A stretch of DNA of 63,748 bases, counting the filler, from Folioceros fuciformis (lineage: Eukaryota): assembly GCA_049999805.1 (NCBI GenBank). It is 6 parts of 5 records of this genome, joined end to end, with 100 filler letters (N's around TTAATTAATTAA, not from the genome) between each part and the next. Parts side by side here need not be neighbours in the genome. Positions count along the whole stretch, not along the records: positions 1 to 15,254 come from JBNGIO010005645.1; 5 more parts are not named here. The stretch is one strand, 5' to 3'. Both the position numbers and the translations under genes were made by a program. Shown in pieces: positions 1-12,380 of the stretch (positions are counted from its first letter, which is position 1; each line of letters opens with the position of its first letter). The notes beneath the pieces were generated by a model. The model was not told where the DNA came from, did no database searches, and worked only from the letters and a program-made list of their open reading frames with translations.

Positions 1-2170
1 GTCAGACTGAGGATAATGAAAGGCAACATCAGCAGGAACCATGTCCTTGAGCAATGGCCCTAGTGGAGATAAGTCTCTAGCATTGTGTAGGGTTATTAAA
101 GCCCAATGTGCTTAGACTAATGTGATTAGTCTAATTAAACTAATGTGATTAGTTTAACTAGACTAATGTAATTAGTTTAAGATTAGTGTCTAATTAAGTA
201 TCACTAGTTTAGATTAGCTTAAGCTAATCTTTAGGAAGCTTCCTGCATAGCTTCCTGTGAGCTTCTTGTGAAGCTTCCTTGGGAGCTTTTCTAGAGGGTA
301 TAAATACCCTCTTGAGCTCCCTTTGCAATAGAGCTGTGAGAGGTCTAAGGCTAACCTTGGTTAACTAACCCATGTTGGCTTAATCCCATTAATAGGTGCA
401 GTGACCTCAACCTCTACTGTCTCCGTCAGAACGCGGAGAACCCCTCCGTGGAAGAAAGCGTGGCTATCATCTAGTTGCTGGATGGCGTCCACCACCATTC
501 TCCTGAGAGTCTGGTACTCGAGTCACCACCTTGTCTCTGGCAGGTTGGCGTGCTGAGCGCTAGGGGTGCTAACGTACCTCCGGAGTTCTTCTAATGTGGC
601 GGAGGTGACAATGGTTGACTTTTGGAGGCGTAGGGTAGACATGGCTTATGTCTAAGCCCGAAGTAAGGCCACCTCGCGTTGGTCCTCCTGGGTCTCAAAG
701 TCCGCTAAATTGGCCTATAGCTTCTTCGGTTTAGCCCGGAATCTGTTGATCCGGTCCACTAGTTGCTTGTGTTCCTCTTCCCAGACTTGCCCATGGCTTT
801 GCATGGTTTCACAGGTGCGGGAGAGATCAGCCTTCAGAGCCCGGATTTCCTCTTGAGCGGCCTTCTCCTTTATCTACGTGGTCTGTAGCTTACCGTGCAT
901 CTCCTCCACTTGTCGGACTGCTTTGGTCAGTTTCCTTGAGGCTTCCTTCTCTACCTCGAGGGCCTAGTTGTGCTCCTTTTGGTAGCAATCCTTGGTCCGC
1001 TGTGTGCTACCTGTAGGTGGCTTGAGAGTCCGCCTCCCATTTCTTGCATCCCTGTCGCTCCTCTGCATGAATAGCCTCCATTGTAGCCTGTGACCTCTCA
1101 ATCTCCCCCTGTGCCGCTCCGAGTTGGTTCTCTAGGTTTGTAGTCCGTCCAACCACTTGGGACTTCAGTTCTTCCAACTCTTGTTGGTACCTGCCCCGCT
1201 CCTCTCGATATTTTGAGGACTCCTCTTGCAACTCGGTGGAGTGGCTTCTTGCCTTCTCCTTTAGGGTGGACAACTAAGTGGCTAGCTCAGTCATCCTTCT
1301 TCGGAGGGCGATACTCTCGCCCTCCCATGCTACAACTTGCCCAAAGGATCACGCAAGTCCTTCTGCCACGCTGGTGACAATACCTTGTGCAGCCTGGGTA
1401 GCCCTTATGAGGTGGCTCTGGTGTAGAACCCATAATTAGGAGGTAGCAGGGCCCTCTCAAAAGATGTCCAAATAGCCTTCCGCATGGCTTTTGGGTCTGT
1501 AATTCCCCCTTCAATAAGGTCCTCCAAGACTATAGATTGGAGTAAGGTCCGCCAGCGATCTACCTCCTCCAGAGCCAAGTTGGGAGCCAGTCAGGGAATT
1601 GGAGGAGGTATCACTCTACCGGGTGGTGGGCTTGGAGAGCGAGGACCTCTCCCCTTCTTCCTATCATGAGGTGAAGGCGGGCGCTTAACTCTGGAAGGTC
1701 TGATTCCGTGCCGCTCGTTGTAGTCAAGTTGTGCGGCTAATTTGACCAGCTCCATGCAGTTTGCCTCCCCCCTGGTCCTTCGCGCACCTCCTATTCTGGG
1801 TGTCGAGGCCAAGAAATCTTCTAGCTCCAAAATGGTGGGTGGTGGAGCACTCCGTATTGGGATCTGCTTGCCTGCCATGGACATGGCTAGGATATTTTGT
1901 TGTTTGGGCTATGGCACCCGGACAGAGGGTGCCTCCGCCTTCTGCTTTGGAGGCCAATTGGTCGGGGGGTTGGGAGCTGAGGCCATTGAGGAAGACGCAG
2001 GAGCTACACCGTGGCTATCCTTGAAAGGGCTCCGAGACTGGTAAGGGCACCGCAACTGTAGTCAAAGGATTAGGTAGGGTGGCTGGTACTGGGATCTTCT
2101 TCCTGGGAGCTGGTGGAGGAGTAGGGACGGGAAGGGTCGGGGCCGGAGGTAATCGGGCCAAGGTACATAA
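1..2170 (-). mobile_element. Decayed retroelement-like region: AT-rich LTR-like segment plus a broken coiled-coil / proline-rich ORF
   Basis: Positions ~105-235 hold degenerate short repeats (ctaatgtgattagt) and there is a TATAAATA at ~298. Minus-strand fragments 1007-1273 (coiled-coil-like) and 1591-1884 (Pro/Arg-rich) are interrupted by stops. No diagnostic domain seen. Confidence 0.4.
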
Positions 2171-4653
2171 TTATGAAGGTGTGCTTCCAAAGGTTTTATA
2201 CCTCCAACTAGACAATACATGTAGAGAGAATAATGTTAGACCTCAGGGTTAATTGTAACCACAGGTACTAGTTACCTAGTTACTTAGGTTAGGGTTAGGT
2301 GTATATATAGAAGGGTTATTCATAAGTAACACTTAGGGTTTAGTATTGAAGGACAACTCTTTGTGAACATAATTATTATTCAACATTTTATTATTGACAT
2401 GGTATTAGAGCTCTTTTCTGATATAATTTTATTGTTGCAATGATTTCTATGAGAGAAATCACTATCAAGAAGTGCAAGATAATTTTTAGTTGCAATGATT
2501 TCTATGAGACGAATCACTATTAAGGAGTACAGGATGCGACAATGTGCATAACCTAATATGGCTACCATATGTAGATCCCACACATTATCATTCTATACTT
2601 CTCAATAGTTTCTTTCCTTCATAAAGTTGCAAATCACTCTTTTGTGCCAATTCCACAAATGAGAAATATAGCACATATGTATTTTCTAATCTCCTATAGG
2701 CACGTAAAAACGTTTCCGCTGCACTACTAATTTAGATATGCAAAATACGTCTTTGATGCAAAATGCCTCGTAGGAACAAGAATAGGGAGCCTGGGACGCG
2801 AAGTTTCTTCAACCTTATTACTGATAGGCACAAGAGGGAAAGTGATTGCTAGAGGCGTTCAACACAAATTCCCTCAAATCCTCCAGTAACCAGAACTTCA
2901 CGAGCCGAGCCCAGGCCCGCATGCGCCACACGCCTCTGACTCCTCCAAATTATCCTGACATGGAAGTCAGATTCAGGATACCGCAACAGGACAGACAAAA
3001 CTAACAAAATATTCGTGAGCAAGCATCTAGGCACAACCTCACAGTGGAAGCCTCTCAGCTTCACTTGATTAGTGAGGTGCCTGATGAACCTATTGCTAAC
3101 CTAGGGGACCTTCAAAAGATGCTATACAGGCACACGACCCGCACACAAGCCCTTACAGGGGAAATTTTCCTGGAAATCAATGAGATCAAGGAACAATTGA
3201 GTGCCTTGGTTAAGAGATTTAGTGAGGATCTTGAGATCTGTGATGGCCCCATAGTCGACGGTTATCGCCGCATCATCTTGTGATCTAAGCGGGCATTGCC
3301 CGATCCTTTTGTTTGTCAAATCTGCAATCAAGCAAGGAAAATTCGAAGCGTCGCGAGTAGGGTCTTTTCAAGCTTCTGTGAAAGGACAAGAATCCAAGCG
3401 ACAGGCATCAACTAGAGGATGGGTTTTCAAGCGGCACCTACTTGCCGTTTGGCCTCCCAACTGCTCGCCATCCGACACTTCTGGAATTCCGTCTCCTACC
3501 ATTAGATGCTGATGATGATCTCGGGCCCTTCACTGGAGATCCTGAGTCCGCTGCAAGCGCTGCTCCCGGTGTAGGCGCATCCATGGTCACGGGCGTGTTA
3601 CCAACTTCGAGCTCTCCACCACAAGGAGCGCTCGGCACTTTTATGAGAGTAGCAAGCGCGGCAGGAAATTCAAGAATCAATAGTTCCAGCAATCTTGCAG
3701 GCACATCAGGTCAGAGTAACACTGGCATGTTCAACAATTTTTCCATGAGACCATACTTCACTGGAGCTAGAGCAACTTTCCCTGCTGTTCAAGCATCTGG
3801 TGCCTCATCCTACCCAAGTTTCTCCGCTACACAATATTTCAACCCTATGCCATTCCTCGGGGTGGGATATGGGAATCCTTTGCCTACCCCAGGAGCTGGA
3901 TTCGCCAATCCCCTGCCGGGATATGGAGTCGGGTATGGAAATCCCGTGGGTGGGCAAGGAACAGGGCTTGGACAAGGGCCTATGCCTGGACAAGGGCTGC
4001 CGCCTCCACCCCTGCCAGGCACATTGCTGGCACATCAGGCTGCTCTCTTGCCCTCCTTCTCCACATACCAACCAACCTACAAAATTGAATTTAAGGAACG
4101 TGACAAGTTTAATGGAATGTGTGCAAGTTTAGTGGAGCGTCCACATGCGCGCAGCCCTTGATGCTCGGCATGTGTGGGGCATTGTAAGCGGGCAGTTCCA
4201 ACAACCCGCTATTACTTCTCCTCAACCTGACTAGGACAGATGGGAGAATGCTAATATTGTCGCACGCGCACTCATTATAAGCGGGCTGGATGAGGTGTTA
4301 GTGCTTGATGTGGCCTTCCTCACCAAGGCCGAAGATATCTAAACACAATTGGCACAGACGTACGTTGTTAAGAACGTGCTTACCTGGTGTGCTGTCAGGA
4401 GTGAGCTATTCACTCTGCTCATGCGGGAAGGGGACAAGGTTGCTGCTTTCGTGACAAAGTTCAAACAGCTTCGAGCCAACTTGATCTCTCTATGCTTTCC
4501 AATGCCCGAACTTGATGCAGTTGTACAGCTTCTAACAAGCCTTCCTGCCAACTACCAGTCCTTTGTCACCAGTTATGGTGCCACACTCAGAGATGCTGGT
4601 AAAGCTTCTACAGCAGGACGACCAGTCATGATCAGTTTTGCAGATGTAGTTGG

Positions 4654-4838
4654 TGTTAGGATTAGTCAGTAACTAATCAGTTTAACCTGCTTAGGTTAGA
4701 AATAACCACGGGTCACACCCTTTCGGGTTACTCAATAAACAAAGTACTTTATACAAGTTGCCTAAAACTTTTTATTGTTATTACAACAACAGCATTGTTT
4801 TGCTTTGTCTGTCCAAGCCTTCCGCTGATAAACAAACA
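4654..4838 (+). repeat. 5' LTR of Copia B
   Basis: TG...CA ends, direct repeat of 11212-11396, followed by the tRNA-iMet PBS. Confidence 0.97.
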
Positions 4839-5941
4839 TGGTATCAGAGCCATTGGGCTCTTCGATCCATGCTGCTCTTGTATTTTATCTAGGCTGATTG
4901 CTAGTTTTGATACTGAACCTTTTTGGTGAAGGGTTGTTCAATGTAACTATTTTTGCAGAAAATCTGCACACTAGGCTATGTCAACTTTATTATTTTTCAT
5001 CACACGGTCAGCATTAATAGTCTGCCTATTGACAGGCACTATGTCTGTCTACATTGAGCAGCAGAGATGACGCGTAGATCTAGAAATAGATCTCGTGTGT
5101 CGCTTGAAGGAGTCACAGTTCCCGAAGCACCACGGGATATTTTTAGATTAGGTTGTCTCACTCACTTAAGTTGTCGAGGTGTGTCCCTCAATCTGCGTCG
5201 CCATGCAAGACACACCTATAAATGTCAGCCACAGCAACACAAGGGAAGAGTGCATCAAAATTCATTAGATAAGGAGTTTGTTCACGATCAATCCTATTTA
5301 GGGCTTGAGGACAGGTTGACGGACTTACAGGTCTTGATGCTCCGAGAGAACACTACTCTCAGCCTCAGAGTTGCGTTGCTTATTGACAGACTCACAGCCC
5401 TGACAGATATCGTTGAACAACATACAGAAATTGTTCAGCAGATTGCTCATTTTTTTACAAATACCTGAACGTGATAATTCTGCTGAATCTTCACGATTTG
5501 CACTTTACCTGCCAACGCTGACACCGATCATCATGTCTTCATCACAGGAGCATGATGGTCCTCCCTCAACTATGATCTCTGTCATAGTAAGAAACTCACA
5601 GTTTTTAGCGTTGCTACTCTGTGCGTTTTTCTGGTAGCAAATTGCAAGAGTTACCTTGGTTGTGCGAGACACCGGTTCGTTGAGGATTTGGATCTCAATA
5701 GTTGCGTCTCCACTGGCGCCTGTTGGTAGCAATCTCCAGGTGTCTCTTCCTTTGCAACTCTTCCTATCTGGCTAGCCAACGAACAGTTGTCAGTTCAGGT
5801 TCATGGGACACGTTTTTAGGGTAACGTTTCAATTTTCACCCTAATCAACCCTAAAACCAATGTCTCATACCTTTTCAGTTCTAGGCTGGTGTCCCTTAGC
5901 ACTTAGAGTCATTTGATAGCAAACAGCTATTATAGTATGTT

Positions 5942-8900
5942 ATGTCTTCAGACAGTAACAGTGACTCTGAAGTAGATCTCTTCTCTTGGCTATTTTTGAA
6001 TCCACCTCTACCTTCTATTCCTGTTTCTCCTGCTGTTACCATGGGCAATACAGGAGCAGGATCATCATATAATGGTGAATTTAAAGAGAAAGATCGTTTT
6101 GATGGAAAACAGTCCCAATTTGAATGCTGGCGTGCTCGGATGAAGGCTAACCTCAATGCCCGAGACGTCTGGGAGTATGTTGATGGAACAACTCCTAATC
6201 CTGCTAACACAATTCCAGCAGGATCACCAGAAGCAATTGGAAAATGGAAAAAAGGGAACAAGATCCCTTATGCCATCTTGCTTTCAGGACTTGACGAAGT
6301 CACAGTGACAGAAGTGGATTCCCTCAAAATAGCCGCTGAGGTGTGGACACAACTCACACAAACATACCCAGTAAAGAACATACTTACCTTGGTTGCTACT
6401 AGGAACAATTTTTATGGTCTAAAGTTGAAGGAAGGGGACTTAGTTGGAGCACACGTCACCCAGATGCGCACCCTACGGGCCCAACTGGCCGTGCTAGGAT
6501 GCAAGATGATGGAGTTGGACGTCGTCGCTCAACTTCTAGCCAGCTTGCCTTCCACTTACCAGAATTTTGTTTCAAGTCAAAATGTAGCTCTTCGTGATTC
6601 CTATCAAGCTCTTGCTCTTGGTCAGCCCTCAACTCTCAACTTGAATGAAGTGATAGGGGCGCTCCTGCAAGAGGAGCAAAGTTAGAATCGCCATAAGACA
6701 AATACTCGTCTCAGAGGTGACAAGGTTCTCTATGCTAAAGCAAAGGGACCCTGGAAGGGGAGGGATAAAGGAGGGAAGAAACAATCCAACGATTACTCTT
6801 CCCAACAGTCCTCTTCTACTAGAAGACTTGGCAATTGTAACTGGTGCCAGAATCCAAGCCACTGGGAACGAGATTGTCATAAAAAGAAGTCTTGAGAGCC
6901 TAAGAGGGAGTCTAAGCAGGAGGCACATATTAGTTCTAAGGAACACAAACCAGCTGCTGGATCCACTAGCTCTCAGAAACAAAGTAGCAGTACAGTCCTT
7001 ACTGTATGTCTGACTTCTACAAGAGAGAACTCAACTCGTTGGTTTGTTGACTCGGGAGCAACTGCCCATGTCTGCAACAACCGAGAACTTTTCTCAACCT
7101 TTCACCTGCAAAACACACCACAGTCAGTCTTTGTTGGGGACTCTAGAGGTGTAAAGGTCAAAGGGACCGGTATAGTGCAAATACCTCTGTTAGATGGCTC
7201 ATCCTTGATCCTTGATGATGTCCTCTTTGTTCCTAACATGAGGAAAAACCTGTTGTCAATACGAGTAGTAGCCTAGAGCAGAAAGTATGGTTTTAGGTTT
7301 GAAAATGAAAAATGTTTCATTTACTTACTTGCAGAACCTGAAGGCCACATTGCTAAGGCTGTACTGGTTGATGATTTGTATTGGCTAGTTTTGACTCCCA
7401 AGGTCAAAGGTCAAAGCCCTTCTAGCTGCAGTTCATGCACAGGCCAATCTCTGGCATGCACGTCTTGGTCATATTAACCGTGCTAAGCTTGATTTGATGG
7501 CTAACTCCAGTTGCTACAGAGAGAAGCTTCCTTTCCTGCTTCAAACACTTATCAGCATGTACCTCATGCATACTGTCCAAGCAGAAGGAGCTTCCCTTTA
7601 AGAATAAAACTGCAAATCAGGCCAAGGCTGTGCTGGAATCGATACATGCTGACATTGCTGGGAAGTTACCTGTCAAGTCCTTGGGAGGAGCTGAGTACTA
7701 TCTCACCTTGACTGACGACTTCTCCGACGTGGACTTTCCCTTTAAAGTTGAAAAGTGAGGTTTTTGAAACCATATCTAATTGGATTGTGATGGTTCAAAG
7801 ATAGACTGGACATCTTGTCAAGTGCTTTCGAACAGACAATGGAGGGGAGTTCACTGGACATCAGTTTGATGACCTGTTCACACAGTTTGGCATTGTTTGT
7901 CAACTCTCTGTTCCATACACCCAACAGCAAAACGGTGTTGCAGAGAGGAAAAACCAAACCCTAATGGGAATGGTTAGAAGCATGCTATCTTGGTCAGCTC
8001 TACCTAAGACTAATTGGGCAGAGGCTATTGTGAGTGCTACTTACATTCTTAATAGGGTAGTCACTTCCGCACTTCCTAGTAGAACACCTTACGAAGCTTT
8101 TTGGGGACGAAAACCAAGTCTGTTACATTTGAGGGTCTTCAGGTCACCTGCTTTTGCCTATATACCTGAATCCAAACGGAGAAAGTTAGATGATAGGTCT
8201 AAATCTCTCATTTTCCTTGGTTATTCAGAAGAGTCAAAGGCATACAAGCTTTTTGACCCAGTAACAGCAAAAATAACCTTGTCCAAAAGTGCCACCTTCA
8301 AAGAACTTCTGTCCCCTAGGACAGATCTTCTAGTTGATGATACTCTCTCATCTGAACCTGTTCAAGATAATAATCCTAAACTTGAAGATGGGGATGATCA
8401 ACTGGCCCCTGTGCAGTATCCGTCTTCAGATGGGGCTTCACCTACACAATCAGACATCGATGATGTCTATACTCTTCCTGCTGACAATGATTCTGTTAGT
8501 GATACTTCTGACCTAGGTATTGAGGTCTCTGGTGATGATACATAGTCTCTTGCTTCAATAGACAATAGTGACAATAATGATGTCCTTGACCTTTCTAATC
8601 CTTCTGATGAAGATCGTGTAGCACCTGTGGCAGTGGACTCAGATTCCCCTCTAGATCCTCCCGCTCGTTATCCCATTAGAGACAGACGTCCTAGGGCAGA
8701 GTGGAATGAGGTCCCATACAGCTCAGTTGATTTCAGGAAACATGCTGCCAATATCACTGACCTGCATGTTCCAGAGATCATGCCTGATCCACAGGGTTAC
8801 TCTGAAGCCCTAACTGGACCAGATGGTAAACACTAGCAGGTCTCCATAAACGACGAGTACAATTCGTTGGTCAAAAACCGTACTTGGGAACTTGCAGATC

Positions 8901-10375
8901 TACCTCCTGGAAGAAAGCCTATCACCTGCAAATGGGTTTTTAAAACCAAGTTGAAGTCAAATGGCACAATTGCCCAATACAAGTCCAAACTTGTTGCTAG
9001 AGGGTTTTCACAAATACTTGGGATAGACTATGGAGACACATTCTCCCCTGTGGTCAAGCCTCCTTCAGTCCGAATCTTACTTGCTATGGCAACTGAGTTT
9101 GATTTAAAACTGCACCAGATGGACGTCTGTACAGCGTTTCTTCATGGTGAGCTCGAAGAGGTATTGTTCATGGAACAGGCTGAGGGGTTTGTTGATAAGG
9201 ACAGTCCACACAAAGTATGTAAGCTATTGAAGACCCTGTATGGCCTTAAGCAGAGTCCTCGTGCCTGGTACAAGCGTATTATAACATTCCTGAAGAAACA
9301 TGACTTTGTTTAGTCACCAGCTGACTCAAATGTTTTTAACCTAGTTTCTGGTGACCTGTTTGTCATCTTGGCACTGTACATTGATGATGCCATTTTGCTA
9401 AGCAATAGTATAGCTCAGCTTGATGCAGTCAAGGCCCTTTTACGCTCAAAGTTTGAGATGTCTGATCAGGGCCCCTTACAGTACTGTCTTGGCATCCAGA
9501 TCCTGCGCAACAGGACACAAGGGTCAATAGTCCTTCATCAAACAAAATATTTGAAGGAGATTCTAAAATGCTTTAATATGGATGCTGCTAAGTCAGTCTT
9601 GACGCCATCAGTAGTGGGGGAAAAACTTACCAAAGAACAATCTCCACTTCCTGGTGATGATCACCTTACAATGTCTACTTTGCCATATGCTAAAGTCGTC
9701 GGCTGTCTGATCTTTCTGGCTAACTGGATACGTCCAGACATATCTTACTCTGTCAGTATAGTGTCCCAGTTTCTGCAAAACCCTAGCAAAGCCCACTGGT
9801 CAGCAGTTAAGCGCATCTATAGATACCGAACAGGTACTCTTAATTATGGTCTGCACTATGTAGCTAGTGGATAGAAACAGTTCTTACTCACAGCATTCGC
9901 AGATGCTGATTGGGCATCTGATACTGACTCTCGTAGGAGCCTCTCAGCATATGTTTTCCTACTGGCTACAGGAGCTGTGAACTGGTTCTGTAAAAAGCAA
10001 ACCTCCTTGGCACTGTCGTCCACTGAGGCTAAGTACAAAGCCTTGACAAATGCATGCAAGGAGTTAGAGTGGGAGAGACAATTCCTGGAAGCAATCCACT
10101 TACCTCAGACTGGCCCCACTACTCTGCTATGCGACAATATGTCTGCTATAGCACTTGTTCGAAACCCGAGGTTCCATGCCAGGACCAAACACATCAAACT
10201 TTATCACCATTATGTTCGTGATGTAGCTGAAAGGGGCATAGTCAGAGTTCAGTATGTCAGTACCAATGAAAATATTGCTGACATCTTTACCAAGGGTCTG
10301 TCCAAGGAGAAGCACTTCAAACACCTAGAAGCTCTTGGGCTGAGGGCATTTACTATGCCCGTTACGAGCCCCTGA
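5942..10375 (+). pseudogene. gag-pol of Copia B with stops and frameshifts
   Basis: gag 5942-6685, integrase 7964-8545, RT (QMDVCTAFLHG, LYIDD) 8867-9874, RNase H (CDNMSA, RTKHI, ADIFTK) 9977-10375. Confidence 0.95.
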
Positions 10376-10579
10376 CCTACCTAGTTCTATCCACATGGAG
10401 ACAGTTTACAAGCCAGCTTGCTCAGTTCGGGTCCTGCTGCTTGCACAACTACAGGACTTGCCTTACTGTCTCCCGTTCACAAGTAGGACAACAGTGAGGT
10501 GCTTTCAGTCGATGAAACCTCAGTTCAAAATCCAGTCGTGAGAGCATCACATGCTAGAATTCTATGGTAGTTGGCAAGT

Positions 10580-10942
10580 TTACCTTTCACTTGTTGCCGA
10601 GTGAAGGATATATCCATGTGCCTTGAGCTCCCGCATCACCGCACTGTACTCTGCAGGCGTCAAGGGATGCGACAGTTCGTCCTTTGCAGGTGTCATAGCC
10701 AGTAGCGCTTCTAGCTCTTTTGCTTTCTTCTTTGCAGACGCGAGGAGGTCTTCCAGTTCGTTGCACTTCTCTAGCACCCTGATCTGATGCCACAGCAGTT
10801 CCATATCAGCTTTGGTTGGCCACCATCGCTTTCCTATCACAGAGGGAGCTGACGAAGTTGGAAGCTGTTTGGATGGTGGGGGTCTTAGGCGCTCGATGCT
10901 GCTACTGCCTATCTCCAGAGAGTCGAAGCTGCTGCAGGCCAT
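10580..10942 (-). CDS. Antisense accessory ORF in the 3' region of Copia B (coiled-coil-like, unknown function)
   Basis: 120-aa ATG-started open frame between the pol stop and the PPT. It ends at a donor-like AG|GTAAAC (10583), so it may be a first exon. Confidence 0.55.
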   Translation of the reverse strand: MACSSFDSLEIGSSSIERLRPPPSKQLPTSSAPSVIGKRWWPTKADMELLWHQIRVLEKCNELEDLLASAKKKAKELEALLAMTPAKDELSHPLTPAEYSAVMRELKAHGYILHSATSER

Positions 10943-11211
10943 GCTGAAGGTGTGAGTGGCGATGGTGGCAACGCACTGCCACGATTGGTAGTGCCAAGTG
11001 ATGCTGCTGCTAAGTGCCGAGTCACCCTTTTGTAGCTTGGAAGATCAGAAGGACACAGGTTGTGATCACAATCAACGCCACGACACAAGAAGATATCGTG
11101 ACAACTAATGGCGGCAACTGAAGTACCTCCACGAGGAAACGCAGTGCTAGCTAGAGCTCGTGCGAGTAGTCCTTCAGTCCTTATTTTTAACCATCGCAGG
11201 TTAAGAGGGAG

Positions 11212-11396
11212 TGTTAGGATTAGTCGGTAACTAATCAGTTTAACCTGCTTAGGTTAGAAATAACCAAGGGTCACACCCTTTCGGGTTACTCAACAAACAA
11301 AGTACTTTATACAAGTTGCCTAAAACTTTTTATTATTATTACAACAATAGCATTGTTTTGCTTTGTCTGTCCAAGCCTTTCGCTGATAAACAAACA
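11212..11396 (+). repeat. 3' LTR of Copia B
   Basis: Direct repeat of 4654-4838, preceded by the PPT and followed by the TSD. Confidence 0.97.
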
Positions 11397-12380
11397 GTTG
11401 GCGCCCTCTTCCAGGAAGAGCAGTCCCATCAATCCCATTCCAACTCTAGTCGCATCAAAATTGACAAAGTACTTTCTACAACTAAATTTAAACCACAAGG
11501 CAGAGGCAAACACTTATTTGTAGCTGGGTCTTTGAAAGAGTCAAGGCCAAGACAGATCAAAAGGTAAGGCTCCTGCAACTGGTGTGGTTCTCTCTGTCAC
11601 TGGGAACGAGAGTGTAGGAAGAAGAAATCTGGATAACCCAAAAAGGCCAAGAAAATTAACCTTTGAGGCTCATGCAGTTTTCAAGGACAAACCGACAAAG
11701 GCCCCTTCAACTGGCAAGCAACCTATGGTATTGACTATTTGCCTATCTGCAGCTTCCAGGCTTGACGATGCCTGGTATCTTGATTCAAGAGCAACAGCAC
11801 ACATTTGCCATAACAGAAAATTGATGAGTAACTTCACTCTTCACATAGCTGAAAACGTTCTTCAGGGAGATGAACTCACTGGGACAGGTCTGAAAATTCT
11901 TGGTCGTGGCACTTGCTCCTTCCGACAGTCGAATGGCCAGATTTTCCAGATTGATAATGTCCTCTTTGTACCTGACATGCCCAAGCACTTACTCTCTGTT
12001 AGCCAGTTGATGCAGCTCAAGACTTTAGAGCTTAAATTCACTGCTACTGGATGCACACTTAGCGAGTCTAAATCCTCCTCTGTTGTTTCTCAGGGCTTCC
12101 TTGTTCAAGATCTATACAGGCTAGACATGCAATGTCTCCCTGTTAAAAGCGTCCATCTTGTTGCTCGGTCACAGGCTACTTTAGCACAACTGTGGCATGC
12201 CCGTCTAGGTCATGCTAATAAGGATAAGTTGGTCAAAATGTCCAACTTGGAATATTATCAGGAGCCTCTTCCTAAGTGCTTCCAAGACCTTCCTCTTTGC
12301 GATGCATGAATAGTGGCCAAGTAGAAAGAGTTACCTTTTCCTACTACTCTAGCTCATAGGTCTTCTGCTATATTGGACCT

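Larger units (their letters stand above)
4654..11396 (+). mobile_element. Full-length but decayed Ty1/Copia element B
   Basis: 185-bp LTRs at 4654-4838 and 11212-11396 (6 mismatches by eye). TSD GTTGG at 4649-4653 and 11397-11401. PBS TGGTATCAGAGCC 4839-4851, PPT AAGAGGGAG 11203-11211. Domain order gag-PR-IN-RT-RH. Confidence 0.97.
2234..12380 (+). mobile_element. Ty1/Copia element A (outer; interrupted by B, cut by C)
   Basis: Probable 5' LTR 2234-2399 (TGTTAG...TTGACA) then PBS TGGTATTAGAGC (2400-2411). gag 3442-4653 resumes at 11402 (..FADVVG|ALFQEEQS). Protease WYLDSRATAHIC and GAG-pre-integrase LWHARLGH lie in 11584-12309. Confidence 0.8.

Noticed and set aside
2280-2345. TTAGGG / TTTAGGG-like words here and at ~61495-61560
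   Set aside because: Scattered within LTRs rather than in tandem arrays; not telomeric repeats.
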